Assembly: GCF_024502345.1 (NCBI RefSeq)
Contig: NZ_JALDNN010000001.1
DNA from: Escherichia coli
GTDB lineage: Bacteria > Pseudomonadota > Gammaproteobacteria > Enterobacterales > Enterobacteriaceae
Length of the DNA: 64,000 nucleotides
Strand: one strand, 5' to 3'
Shown: positions 8,717 through 17,543 of the stretch, in pieces
How positions within the stretch are numbered: the first letter of the stretch is position 1
Layout: the number at the start of each line of letters is the position of its first letter
The notes under the pieces: model-generated
Told to the model about the DNA's origin: nothing
The model's input: only the letters and a program-made list of their open reading frames with translations
Databases searched by the model: none
Made by a program: the position numbers and the translations under genes

Positions 8717-8739
8717 GGCCTTCCCACAAAGAGAAGGCC
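8717..8739 (-). terminator. Intrinsic terminator hairpin for the minus-strand YfjJ-like gene, between convergent genes
   Basis: ggccttc / 9-nt loop / gaaggcc, followed on the minus strand by tatttt. Confidence 0.45.
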
Positions 8740-8748
8740 ATTGCCGAC

Positions 8749-9375
8749 TTACAGATCGATTTGGCTACAGCCGAAGTTACGGTCTCCTTCACCAAACACT
8801 TTGCTTTCGACTTTGGTGAGGTAATCCAGTCGGGTTAACAGCGCTTGGTAGTTATGCTGGAAGTCAGCATTATTGGTATCCAGCACGTACTTACAGTTGT
8901 CAGGAAAATGGACCAGACCAGGGTGATCATCCAGTTTCAGTCCCAGGGCGCTGTACCACGCTCCCGTAATCATCCCTCTCAGGTTATCGTGCTGATCGTA
9001 ATCCCCGAGGTGGTAGTAAGCGTCTTTGTTGAACAACAGGCAAATGTGGTAGTGGCATTTACCTGACTCAGAATACTCTTTCGCCCATATAATAAATAAA
9101 GGGCAACGGTAGATGCGTTTACCTTCACGCTCCTTACGGGTACGGTCAGCCTCCAGTTTAGCTCTGAGGGAATCACGCATTCGGGATATCACCCCTGGTT
9201 CAAGATTAGGGAAACAGCAGATATTGTCTCCGTTATCGACTATCTTCGGATAATGCAGATCGACACGTACCGCCGTTAACCTGGGGTAACGGTTAGTCAA
9301 ATAACATAATAATTTTTTAATCTTGATCTGATATTCGAGGATATGTACTCCATGAGTACCTTGATATGTTTTCAT
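8749..9375 (-). CDS. YfjJ/YagK-family (inovirus Gp2-like) prophage protein
   Basis: 208-aa ORF resembling the YagK/YfjJ family of CP4-type islands; in the island-backbone position expected from K-12 CP4-57. Confidence 0.65.
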   Translation of the reverse strand: MKTYQGTHGVHILEYQIKIKKLLCYLTNRYPRLTAVRVDLHYPKIVDNGDNICCFPNLEPGVISRMRDSLRAKLEADRTRKEREGKRIYRCPLFIIWAKEYSESGKCHYHICLLFNKDAYYHLGDYDQHDNLRGMITGAWYSALGLKLDDHPGLVHFPDNCKYVLDTNNADFQHNYQALLTRLDYLTKVESKVFGEGDRNFGCSQIDL

Positions 9376-9397
9376 AATATATATCTGTATTTGGTCC

Positions 9398-9418
9398 TAC
9401 GGTCTATAGCAGACCGTA
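9398..9418. promoter_or_regulatory. Perfect palindrome TACGGTCT-ATAGC-AGACCGTA upstream of the YfjJ-like gene; candidate operator
   Basis: 8-bp arms with 5-bp spacer, ~25 bp upstream of the start codon at 9375. Confidence 0.35.
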
Positions 9419-9509
9419 CAGGGATGCCATACAGGCAGGGCTATTCCTGGTCACTGTTGTCGGTATATACTGGTATCAGATCTTAGTACGGATATACTGA
9501 TCTGATTAC

Positions 9510-9542
9510 TACTCTTACTGGTGAATACAGGTAGTAAGAGTA
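9510..9542. promoter_or_regulatory. 10-bp perfect inverted repeat TACTCTTACT-N13-AGTAAGAGTA; candidate protein-binding or recombination site
   Basis: Read directly; lies between the recombinase-like gene stop (9647) and the YfjJ-like gene. Confidence 0.3.
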
Positions 9543-9646
9543 CACAATGCCATTATATAATACCTATCCAACATCTAAATTTGAGACGAAGGTAGCCCCA
9601 GCCTGTGATGGCTGTTAAAAAGTTACTCTGCAATTAGCTTCTGGAA

Positions 9647-10216
9647 TTAACCGATGATTCCGTTATTCCAGTGCCGCTTCACAGTCGATAAACTGATACT
9701 CAATTTCTTTGCAATCTCAGCCTGAGTAAATCCACCTTTCTTAAGTATTGTGATATCACGTCGGTATTTGCTTCCCTCCTTTCGTCCTAATTTCTTCTTA
9801 ACATGTCGATATCGGCTTTTAGTTGATTTCAGATTGTGAATGTCAATCGTATCCTGACGAGCAATCAAAAAAGACAAGCAACTTTCAGCAGAAGGCTCTA
9901 TCCTTGAAGCTGGATGGTAGCTGTAGATAAAAATTTCTTTTTGAAGGCAAAAAAATAAAATATTCTGTAAGTCCTCCACAGTTCTGCCAAGACAGCTTAG
10001 ATCTGGAATGACAAGCGTGTCCTGCCGGTTCATTTCATGATGAATCAATTGTCTGAGTAAACGTTGCTCTGAAACAACCTCTTTAATATCTACCTGCTCG
10101 ATCACAACATGTTCAGGTAGAATATTAAATTTTTGGCATATCTCAGCAAGTGAGTGATGATCTGTAATGCTTTCTTGCTGTTCGCTACTGCATATGGTGT
10201 AAAAAAATGAACGCAT
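9647..10216 (-). CDS. Serine-recombinase (resolvase/invertase)-like protein with C-terminal HTH, conserved residues partly substituted
   Basis: N-terminus MRSFFYTICSSEQQ matches the resolvase catalytic-serine region and DTLVIPDLSCLGRT the second conserved block; C-terminal GGFTQAEIAKKLSISLSTVKRHW is a Hin-like HTH. The ORF track extends to 10345; start chosen at the internal Met. Confidence 0.55.
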   Translation of the reverse strand: MRSFFYTICSSEQQESITDHHSLAEICQKFNILPEHVVIEQVDIKEVVSEQRLLRQLIHHEMNRQDTLVIPDLSCLGRTVEDLQNILFFCLQKEIFIYSYHPASRIEPSAESCLSFLIARQDTIDIHNLKSTKSRYRHVKKKLGRKEGSKYRRDITILKKGGFTQAEIAKKLSISLSTVKRHWNNGIIG

Positions 10217-10371
10217 CTGATGCACTCCGGTGTCATAAATTATTCTTTGATACCTGAACAATGTCATTTTGTATAAAAAATAACCAAAAATAGAGCGTGA
10301 TTGCCAGCGATACTTTGAGTGGTAAAGTAGTATTTTACCTCTCATAATTGTTTGTCCTTCTTTGTTACCTC

Positions 10372-11085
10372 TTAGGTTCTGCTCTCCTGTGAGTATGGGT
10401 TTATAATGATGTCATCCGGTGCATTAACACGGTTGGAAACATTTGTTTTACGGATCACTGGCAGCATAACCACCATCTCATTGACATGGTAAATATCAAT
10501 CCAACAAACAACCGGATAAGGCATAACAATCCCCTTTCTTCTAAGAACTTCATTTATCCCGAATATAATTAATTGGGATGTTGACAAGAGTAGAGTCTGC
10601 CCGACATCAAAGTAATAATCCTCAAAGGTTGTTCTATGAATAAGAATAATGTTTGAATATCCCAAGACACTTTGATGCTTTACATTAAAATGTCGTTGAT
10701 TGTAAATGTAAATGGCTTTTTCCATATCGTAATTTTCCCTCAGCGAGGATAGCCTTTCACGTATAACTGTTTTTTCATCTTTCCCCATGAATTCATCATT
10801 AGCGTTCAGTTTAAAGTAATCTGTAATTGGGATTTTTAATGGACTCATGATGTTCGTTTTCCAGATTAACGAACAGTATTCTTCCAGAGTCACTTCTTTT
10901 TCACCTCGATTTCGAATAATTCTTTCATTTATAGTGAATCTTAGTAGATCGTTTTTTAGCTCCTTTATTAGCCATTGATAGCGAAGACATTGCTCGAATA
11001 TATGTACCGTCAACGCCACAGAGTCTGATATGACTGAGGAAAGAGATTTATTATTCATCCTGGCATAATGCTCAAGAGTTTCCAT
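10372..11085 (-). CDS. Hypothetical protein, AT-rich orphan island gene
   Basis: 237-aa ORF with no recognisable motif; low GC relative to surroundings. Confidence 0.45.
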   Translation of the reverse strand: METLEHYARMNNKSLSSVISDSVALTVHIFEQCLRYQWLIKELKNDLLRFTINERIIRNRGEKEVTLEEYCSLIWKTNIMSPLKIPITDYFKLNANDEFMGKDEKTVIRERLSSLRENYDMEKAIYIYNQRHFNVKHQSVLGYSNIILIHRTTFEDYYFDVGQTLLLSTSQLIIFGINEVLRRKGIVMPYPVVCWIDIYHVNEMVVMLPVIRKTNVSNRVNAPDDIIINPYSQESRT

Positions 11086-11245
11086 CTCAGATTCATTTTT
11101 GTGCGTAAAAGTGTATTTTTTATTGGAAATGTTTTTTACTCCTTATAATTAACATTGCTATTAATTAATCCTGTTTGTAAAGGAGAAGTTTATTAATAAG
11201 TAAAAGTCCGCCTGCATCAAGACACGATGAAAATGTCTTCCTTTC

Positions 11246-11458
11246 TTACTCTATTGCCCGGGTTCGTTGTAAAATCCATTCGTCTATTTCAGCCTCTATC
11301 CAGCCGACAGATTGCAGCCCCAGACGACGTTGTTTCGGGAACGTTGGGTCATAGCGTGGCGATTTCGGATTGATCCAGTCATAGATTGTTGAACGTGACA
11401 AGCCCGTTTTGTCAATTACTGTAGAAAGACGAAGTATTTTAACATTAGATTTGTTCAT
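11246..11458 (-). CDS. alpA: AlpA-family prophage transcriptional regulator (excision activator)
   Basis: 70-aa ORF MNKSNVKILRLSTVIDKTGLSRSTIYDWINPKSPRYDPTFPKQRRLGLQSVGWIEAEIDEWI matches AlpA. Confidence 0.85.
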   Translation of the reverse strand: MNKSNVKILRLSTVIDKTGLSRSTIYDWINPKSPRYDPTFPKQRRLGLQSVGWIEAEIDEWILQRTRAIE

Positions 11459-11879
11459 AGCTGATTACCTCAAATCGAAGTGCTCTGGATGATGTGAGAT
11501 TAGCTTTAAGGCAGCCAATCTAAAATGTATGTGCCAAAAAAACTTTTTTTTACGAACGGGAAATAAATATCCTATTGAAATTTAATGATTTTATTTTTTT
11601 TCTGTCGGGTCCATCAGAACGGTGTGAATTCAGTTACAGCCTTCCGGTCCGGTAATGGGCCAGTTATATGTTGAGTGGCTGCGCTTCGATGACTTCTGTT
11701 TCAGTGGGCTGGTCTATCTCCGACGTGCTGTGGCAGGTAGCGGTTCAGCAGTAGCCATTATTCGTTCTGCTCCGTCAGTACCGCACCCAGCAGCCGCAAG
11801 ATGCTCTCTTCATTGGGAAGATACCTACCACTGTCAACGCCAAGATTGTTGGCCGTTTCGTCCGCATCCCCTATTGGTC

Positions 11880-12570
11880 ATTAATGTTGTCCGCTTTCCG
11901 CCGTTTCATCTCTTTGTTCAGGCGCTCCAGCGTGTTTGTGGAGTGGGTTTTTCACTTGGTGTGCTTTCGGGAGGCCGAAGGACGCCAGCACGTCTGCCTC
12001 TGCTTCGTCCATCACCCCGGTGACCGCCGGGTTGCTTTTCTCCCATTGACCGGCAACCTTGCACAGGTGGCATGGGCGCTTTTCTCGTCGGTCTGCACGA
12101 ACACCTGTTGCAGCGCCGCACGGACCACCGACTGGTTTGCACGGCTGACGCGGCTCAGCACGTTGCGCATGAAGTGGACCCGGCAGCGCTGCCAGCTGGC
12201 GGAGAACATCTGCCTATCGCCGCCTTCAGGCTCAGCAGGAAGGTCAGCCAGGATGCCGTTTATCCATGCTTCCTGGATAACCGCGTTGAGCGCCTTCTCA
12301 GACAATCTGTGGGCCTCCAGGAAGGGCGGGAAGTACGTCCCTTTAAGCAGCTTCGGAATACGCAGGTCCACAGCGTGCCGAGCTGGCGGGGACTGACGGT
12401 CACGATAGCCGTTGTGGTAGGTTTCGCGCTCATCGCTGCGCTAGTGGGCTCCGCGTTGATGTGCTGAGTGACATCTGCTTCCATAATGCAGTTGAGCATA
12501 AATTCGGTGAGTTCACGCAGAAAATCCTCGCCGCCGAGTAGCATCAGGGTGTTGCTGAATGTCATGCTGT
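11880..12570 (-). pseudogene. IS256-family (Mutator-type) transposase remnant, frameshifted with internal deletion
   Basis: Minus-strand fragments: 12260..12565 (MTFSNTLMLLGGEDFLRELTEFMLNCIMEADVTQ, typical N-terminus) and 12012..12371 (...QRCRVHFMRNVLSRV motif) in different frames; the DDE core between them is absent. Confidence 0.55.
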
Positions 12571-12784
12571 TGTCATTCCGAATTTACACCACGCCCTAAG
12601 ACTCTACCTTATTTTCTTTGCAAAGCAGGCTGCTTGTGCAAGTTGTACATGTAGTTAACAGGCAGTAAGTATGGCAAACCATTATTTCATGTCTTCACAT
12701 CTGGTTCTTCATTCAGTTAAGTAGTAAAAATGAAAGGGATGTCAGAGCAAGAACAGATGACGTTGTGTAACTGACCAATGAAGG

Positions 12785-13558
12785 ATGATATGGAATATGC
12801 TTGATATTTTTTGCTCGGAATTTGAAGAAAAAAGAAACAAATTAAAGACCTACCTTGAAAGCTCGGGATTTCTTTATAGGCATTCTATCATCAAAAAAAT
12901 GTCTCTTTTGGATGGTATGGATGAAAGCCAGAATTTTGAGTTGTTGCAGGCGAAACAATATAATCGTGATGATATACAATGCTGGGAGTATATTAGCTCT
13001 AAGTGGACCGTCGTTCCTATTATGATGGGTTCGCAAAGCCTTAAACACTTTTTTACATGGAATTTTAAGGCCGCTGGGATATTTCAGCGATATGGAAAGG
13101 ATATGTGGGATATCAACAAGATAATTGCAGTTAAATCTTTATTGTTTGCTAGTTCAGTCTTAGGTAGTTGCCTTGGGGTTGCAGGCTATGGCCCGTTGCT
13201 GCCTTCGGAGCTTGCATTAGACAAAAAGAAGCTAACTAAGAAAAAACAGTCAGCAAGAATGGGAGGGATATCTAAGGCTGAATTATATCTCCCGATAAAA
13301 GAAGAGACGATAAGATTGCTCCACCAAAATGTTCCTGTGGATGGTAGATGGAAAAATAAAACGGTTGCAGCAAAGGCAATAGAGGCAGATTTAGTCATCT
13401 TTGTACAAAATTTGAAATCTCAAAACCAAAATCTGGATCTTAATGAAGAAGATATTATTACAGTCGTCAAACGTTGGGAACGCAATGATGAAAGAGTAAA
13501 GGCTGCATTTGAGGGAACGGTGAAGCAAAAAATCTCTGGCAAGAAGGGCTCGGGTTAG
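12785..13558 (+). CDS. Hypothetical AT-rich, lysine-rich protein with one predicted hydrophobic segment
   Basis: 257-aa ORF; hydrophobic stretch IIAVKSLLFASSVLGSCLGVAGYGPLL. No recognisable domain. Confidence 0.45.
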   Translation: MIWNMLDIFCSEFEEKRNKLKTYLESSGFLYRHSIIKKMSLLDGMDESQNFELLQAKQYNRDDIQCWEYISSKWTVVPIMMGSQSLKHFFTWNFKAAGIFQRYGKDMWDINKIIAVKSLLFASSVLGSCLGVAGYGPLLPSELALDKKKLTKKKQSARMGGISKAELYLPIKEETIRLLHQNVPVDGRWKNKTVAAKAIEADLVIFVQNLKSQNQNLDLNEEDIITVVKRWERNDERVKAAFEGTVKQKISGKKGSG

Positions 13559-13589
13559 AACTTCTCATTATTTTTTCCAAAAATAAGAA

Positions 13590-13609
13590 CCGCGCCTTTG
13601 AAGGCGCGG
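13590..13609 (-). terminator. Hairpin terminator between convergent integrase and hypothetical gene
   Basis: ccgcgcc-tttgaa-ggcgcgg, followed on the minus strand by a T-rich tract. Confidence 0.4.
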
Positions 13610-13620
13610 ATTAAGTAGAA

Positions 13621-14862
13621 TCAAACAACAAGTTTTAATGCACCGGCACTAGATTCTACCATGCTTCCTTTATCTGCTCTTTTAACAAAATCAGCCCACC
13701 ATTGCATCATCGGCCTACGTTGCTCAAGATAATCACTGCGGTTATAAGCGCGACGTACCTCATTTTTGTCTACATGAGCAAGTGCGGCTTCAATGACATC
13801 AGGAGGAAATCCTTGCTCATTGAGGGCTGTACTGGCGATAGAACGCAAACCATGTGAAACCAGCACTCCCCCTAAACCGGCACGCTTGAGTGCAGCATTC
13901 ACGGTTTGACTGTTCATCGGCTGAGTGGGCTTAATGCGGCTTGGAAAAATAAAATCTCGGCCACCACTGAGCGGCTTCATCATTTCCAGAATAGCCAGAG
14001 CCCCATCAGATAATGGAACGGTATGGTCCCGGTTCATTTTCATTCGGGCTGCTGGAATTTTCCATTCGTTAGCATCAAAATCGATCTCATTCCACCGAGC
14101 TTCTGCGGCTTCTGCGGGGCGGGTGATGGTGAGAAGTTGCCACATGAACAGACACCGCGTAGACAGGCTGATACTGGCCGTACGCATAGTTTGCATCAAC
14201 TGAGGCAACTGATCCGGACGAATACTGGGCATGTTCTTTTTCTGAGGTTTCTCGAAGGCTTTGCCAATATTAACACTGGGAACTGCATCAATCAGGCCCG
14301 TGTTTTGGGCATAAATCATGACTTCATTGATCCGTTGGCAAAGACGGCGGACAGTTTCCAGTGCTCCTCGGGCCTGAACGGGTTGAACGGCTTGAACCAG
14401 TGTATGGGCTTTAATATCTGTAACGCTTACGTTGCCAATTGCGGGAAATATATCTCTTTCAAGCGAACGCCAGATATCATCAGCATAGTCCTCGGTTACA
14501 CTGGCTTTCTTCACATTCCACCAACGCTCGGCAACTAACAAGAAAGTGTTGGTTTTGGCCTCCTGAGAATTTCTTATCTGTTCTTTTTGGTATTCCTGAG
14601 GATCGATTCCTTTTGCCAGTAATACTTTGGATTCAGCTCTGAGCTTACGAGCATCGGAAAGCGAGACAGCAGGATAGGAACCGAAGCTCTGTTTAGTTCG
14701 CTGTTTTGTCAGAGGTCGGTAATAACGGAATTGCCAGAGCTTACTGCCACTGGATTTGATTAGCAGCGTCAGTCCGTCACCATCATACAACTGATAATCG
14801 GCATCTTTAGATTTGGCTGCTTTGATTTCCGTATCCGTTAACGGCTTGGTTTTTCTTGCCAC
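13621..14862 (-). CDS. intA: P4-type tyrosine integrase of a CP4-57-like island (GTG start)
   Basis: 413-aa ORF beginning (M)ARKTKPLTDTEIKAAKSKDADYQLYDGDGLTLLIKSSGSKLWQFRYY, immediately downstream of ssrA on the same strand. Confidence 0.9.
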   Translation of the reverse strand: MARKTKPLTDTEIKAAKSKDADYQLYDGDGLTLLIKSSGSKLWQFRYYRPLTKQRTKQSFGSYPAVSLSDARKLRAESKVLLAKGIDPQEYQKEQIRNSQEAKTNTFLLVAERWWNVKKASVTEDYADDIWRSLERDIFPAIGNVSVTDIKAHTLVQAVQPVQARGALETVRRLCQRINEVMIYAQNTGLIDAVPSVNIGKAFEKPQKKNMPSIRPDQLPQLMQTMRTASISLSTRCLFMWQLLTITRPAEAAEARWNEIDFDANEWKIPAARMKMNRDHTVPLSDGALAILEMMKPLSGGRDFIFPSRIKPTQPMNSQTVNAALKRAGLGGVLVSHGLRSIASTALNEQGFPPDVIEAALAHVDKNEVRRAYNRSDYLEQRRPMMQWWADFVKRADKGSMVESSAGALKLVV

Positions 14863-15044
14863 GGTGGAGTCTCCATGCTTTTAGGCCCAACAAAGACCAT
14901 AGATCTTTTCGTTGGGCCTATCAATGGGCCTAAAACAATTAGCTTAGGTAGGATCAAATCAGATAGCGCTGGACATAAAAAAGCCCGTAAGTCGTTGTGA
15001 CTACGGGTTTTTTGGTTTTTCTTGGATTGCTTTGGAATAAAATT

Positions 15045-15407
15045 TGGTGGAGCTGGCGGGAGTTGAACCCGCGTCCGAAATTCCTACATCCTCGGTACTA
15101 CATGCTTAGTCAGTCTTTACATTCGCTTGCCAGCTGCGGACGGACACGCCACTAACAAACTAGCCTGATTAAGTTTTAACGCTTCAACCCCAGGCAGGGC
15201 TTCCACGCGATCTCTTTTGGGTTTGACCTCTCTTGATCCCCGTCCTAAGAGCGGAGGCTAGGGAGAGAGGGCTCTAAGCAGGTTATTAAGCTGCTAAAGC
15301 GTAGTTTTCGTCGTTTGCGACTATTTTTTGCGGCTTTTTACGAGGCCAACCGCCCCTCGGCATGCACCTTGGGTTTCGCAAATCCCGTCGAATCCAGAAT
15401 CAGCCCC
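15045..15407 (-). ncRNA. ssrA: tmRNA (SsrA); its 3' end is the island integration site
   Basis: Reverse complement reads GGGGCTGATTCTGGATTCGACGGG...GGGTTCAACTCCCGCCAGCTCCACCA, with the tag-coding region and tRNA-like ends. Confidence 0.95.
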
Positions 15408-15621
15408 AATGTGTAAAGGTAAGTATACCAGATTTATGAGCGCCATGACCAGCCTCAATGGCGTTATCGTTAAAGATTTAGCACCCATGTAGCCTGATTT
15501 TTATTCGATTAAGCAATGGAATGGCAACATTTGTGTCGGATGTGATAACCAATAAGATGTTCATTCGCGCCGCCGGAGAGGGAGGCGCGGTGAGGAACTG
15601 GTCAATAATTGGAGTGCAGGT

Positions 15622-16104
15622 TTAACGGTGGGCGTTTTTCATGATACGCGCTTTATCCACCTGCCATTCGCGCTCTTTGATATCTGAACGTTTATCGTGC
15701 TGTTTCTTACCTTTGGCGACGCCGATTTTCACTTTGCACCAGGCATTTTTCCAGTACAGGGAGAGCGCCACTACGGTATAGCCTTCTCGATTGACGCGAC
15801 CGTACAATGAGTCCAGTTCGCGCTGGTTGAGAAGTAACTTGCGGGTACGGGTAGGGTCGCACACCACATGCGTGGAGGCCACGGCCATTGGCGTGATGTT
15901 AGCGCCAAACAGAAATGCCTCTCCGTCACGCAGAAGGACGTAGCTGTCGCTGATATTGGCTTTTCCTGCGCGCAGGGATTTAACCTCCCAGCCTTGCAGG
16001 GCAAGTCCCGCTTCGAACTCTTCTTCGATAAAGTATTCGTGACGGGCGCGCTTGTTAAGCGCGATGGTCGCTGAACCAGGTTTATGTGCTTTTTTCTTCG
16101 TCAT
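15622..16104 (-). CDS. smpB: SsrA-binding protein SmpB
   Basis: 160-aa [37 protein letters not shown]... Confidence 0.95.
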
Positions 16105-16235
16105 AAGCGTCGTGAATCATCGGTAATCTGAAATCGAAAACACCCCATATCAATCCTGCGGGGGACAAGGCTCTATCTTAGCATGAACCCGATGTTACCC
16201 AGCGCCGGGATAGCGTTTTTTTTACAGCAGGATAA

Positions 16236-16712
16236 ATGATATTATTTGTTGGATTTTTGTTGATGGAAATTGTTATGCCTCAGATTAGCCGGACCGCACT
16301 GGTACCCTACAGCGCGGAGCAAATGTATCAGTTAGTGAATGACGTTCAGTCTTATCCTCAGTTTTTGCCGGGTTGTACCGGAAGTCGGATTCTGGAGTCC
16401 ACTCCTGGGCAGATGACTGCGGCGGTAGATGTCTCTAAGGCTGGGATCAGCAAAACGTTTACTACCCGCAACCAGTTGACCAGTAACCAAAGTATTCTTA
16501 TGAATCTGGTGGATGGGCCGTTCAAGAAATTGATTGGTGGATGGAAGTTTACGCCGCTGAGCCAGGAGGCGTGTCGTATCGAGTTTCATCTCGACTTTGA
16601 GTTTACCAATAAGTTGATTGAACTCGCCTTTGGTCGCGTGTTTAAAGAGCTGGCGTCTAATATGGTCCAGGCTTTTACGGTTCGTGCGAAAGAGGTTTAC
16701 AGTGCCAGGTAA
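16236..16712 (+). CDS. ratA: Ribosome association toxin RatA (YfjG)
   Basis: 158-aa ORF in conserved position. Confidence 0.85.
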   Translation: MILFVGFLLMEIVMPQISRTALVPYSAEQMYQLVNDVQSYPQFLPGCTGSRILESTPGQMTAAVDVSKAGISKTFTTRNQLTSNQSILMNLVDGPFKKLIGGWKFTPLSQEACRIEFHLDFEFTNKLIELAFGRVFKELASNMVQAFTVRAKEVYSAR

Positions 16713-16992
16713 AATTGCCGTTGAGGTGGCTTATGCGCTACCTGAGAAGCAGTACCTGCAGCGAGTGACGCTGCAGAAGGGCGCGACGGTTGAAGAAGCT
16801 ATTCGCGCCAGTGGCTTGCTGGAATTGCGTACCGATATCGATTTAACTAAAAACAAAGTCGGCATTTACAGCCGTCCGGCAAAACTAAGCGATAGTGTGC
16901 ATGATGGCGATCGGGTGGAGATTTATCGCCCTCTCATTGCCGATCCGAAAGAGCTTCGCAGGCAACGAGCAGAAAAATCAGCGAATAAATAA
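16702..16992 (+). CDS. ratB: RatB/YfjF protein (GTG start overlapping ratA stop)
   Basis: (V)[21 protein letters not shown]...; the ORF track extends upstream in the same frame. Confidence 0.75.
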   Translation: MPGKIAVEVAYALPEKQYLQRVTLQKGATVEEAIRASGLLELRTDIDLTKNKVGIYSRPAKLSDSVHDGDRVEIYRPLIADPKELRRQRAEKSANK

Positions 16993-17053
16993 CAGACAGA
17001 AAAAAGGTGCTCATTGAGCACCTTTTTTAACGTCTTTGAGAGCAACTTTATTA

Positions 17054-17395
17054 TTAGTTACCACTCAGCGCAGGTTTGTTATCAATATTGGTCAACACAC
17101 CGCTACTGTTAAAGGTTAGCGTCAGCGTTTGCTGCGTTACACCTTCATGACCTGGTTGCTGGCGGAAGACATAGAACCAGGTATTCGTACCAAATGGATC
17201 GGACATCAGCGGTGTACCCAATGCGTACGCAACTTGTTGTTGCGTCATGCCAACACGTATTTTGGATACGTCGTTAGCGGTCAGATAGTTCCCCTGGTTG
17301 ATGTCAGGACGGTAAACCACTCGCTCCAGAGTGGAACAGCCTGCGGTCAACATCAATAGTACTGCTGCTGCAGCAGTCAGCGTTTTACAGCGCAT
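17054..17395 (-). CDS. bamE: Outer membrane assembly lipoprotein BamE (SmpA)
   Basis: 113-aa ORF with lipoprotein signal ...LTAGCS. Confidence 0.9.
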
Positions 17396-17543
17396 AGTGA
17401 TTTGATTCCTTTTCGGGCCCGAGCAGTACGTGGCTCATCTGTAATATGCCGATGATAATAGACCTTTCATCACTTTAAAACCTTTTGCTTTCCAGTCTTA
17501 CGGCGTTTTGCTGTTTACTCTGACCGTGAAGCAGGGAAAAAGT

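Noticed and set aside
11655-12467. Plus-strand ORFs 11655..12023, 11884..12396 and 12072..12467
   Set aside because: They are antisense to the IS256-family transposase remnant and are GC-rich frame artefacts.
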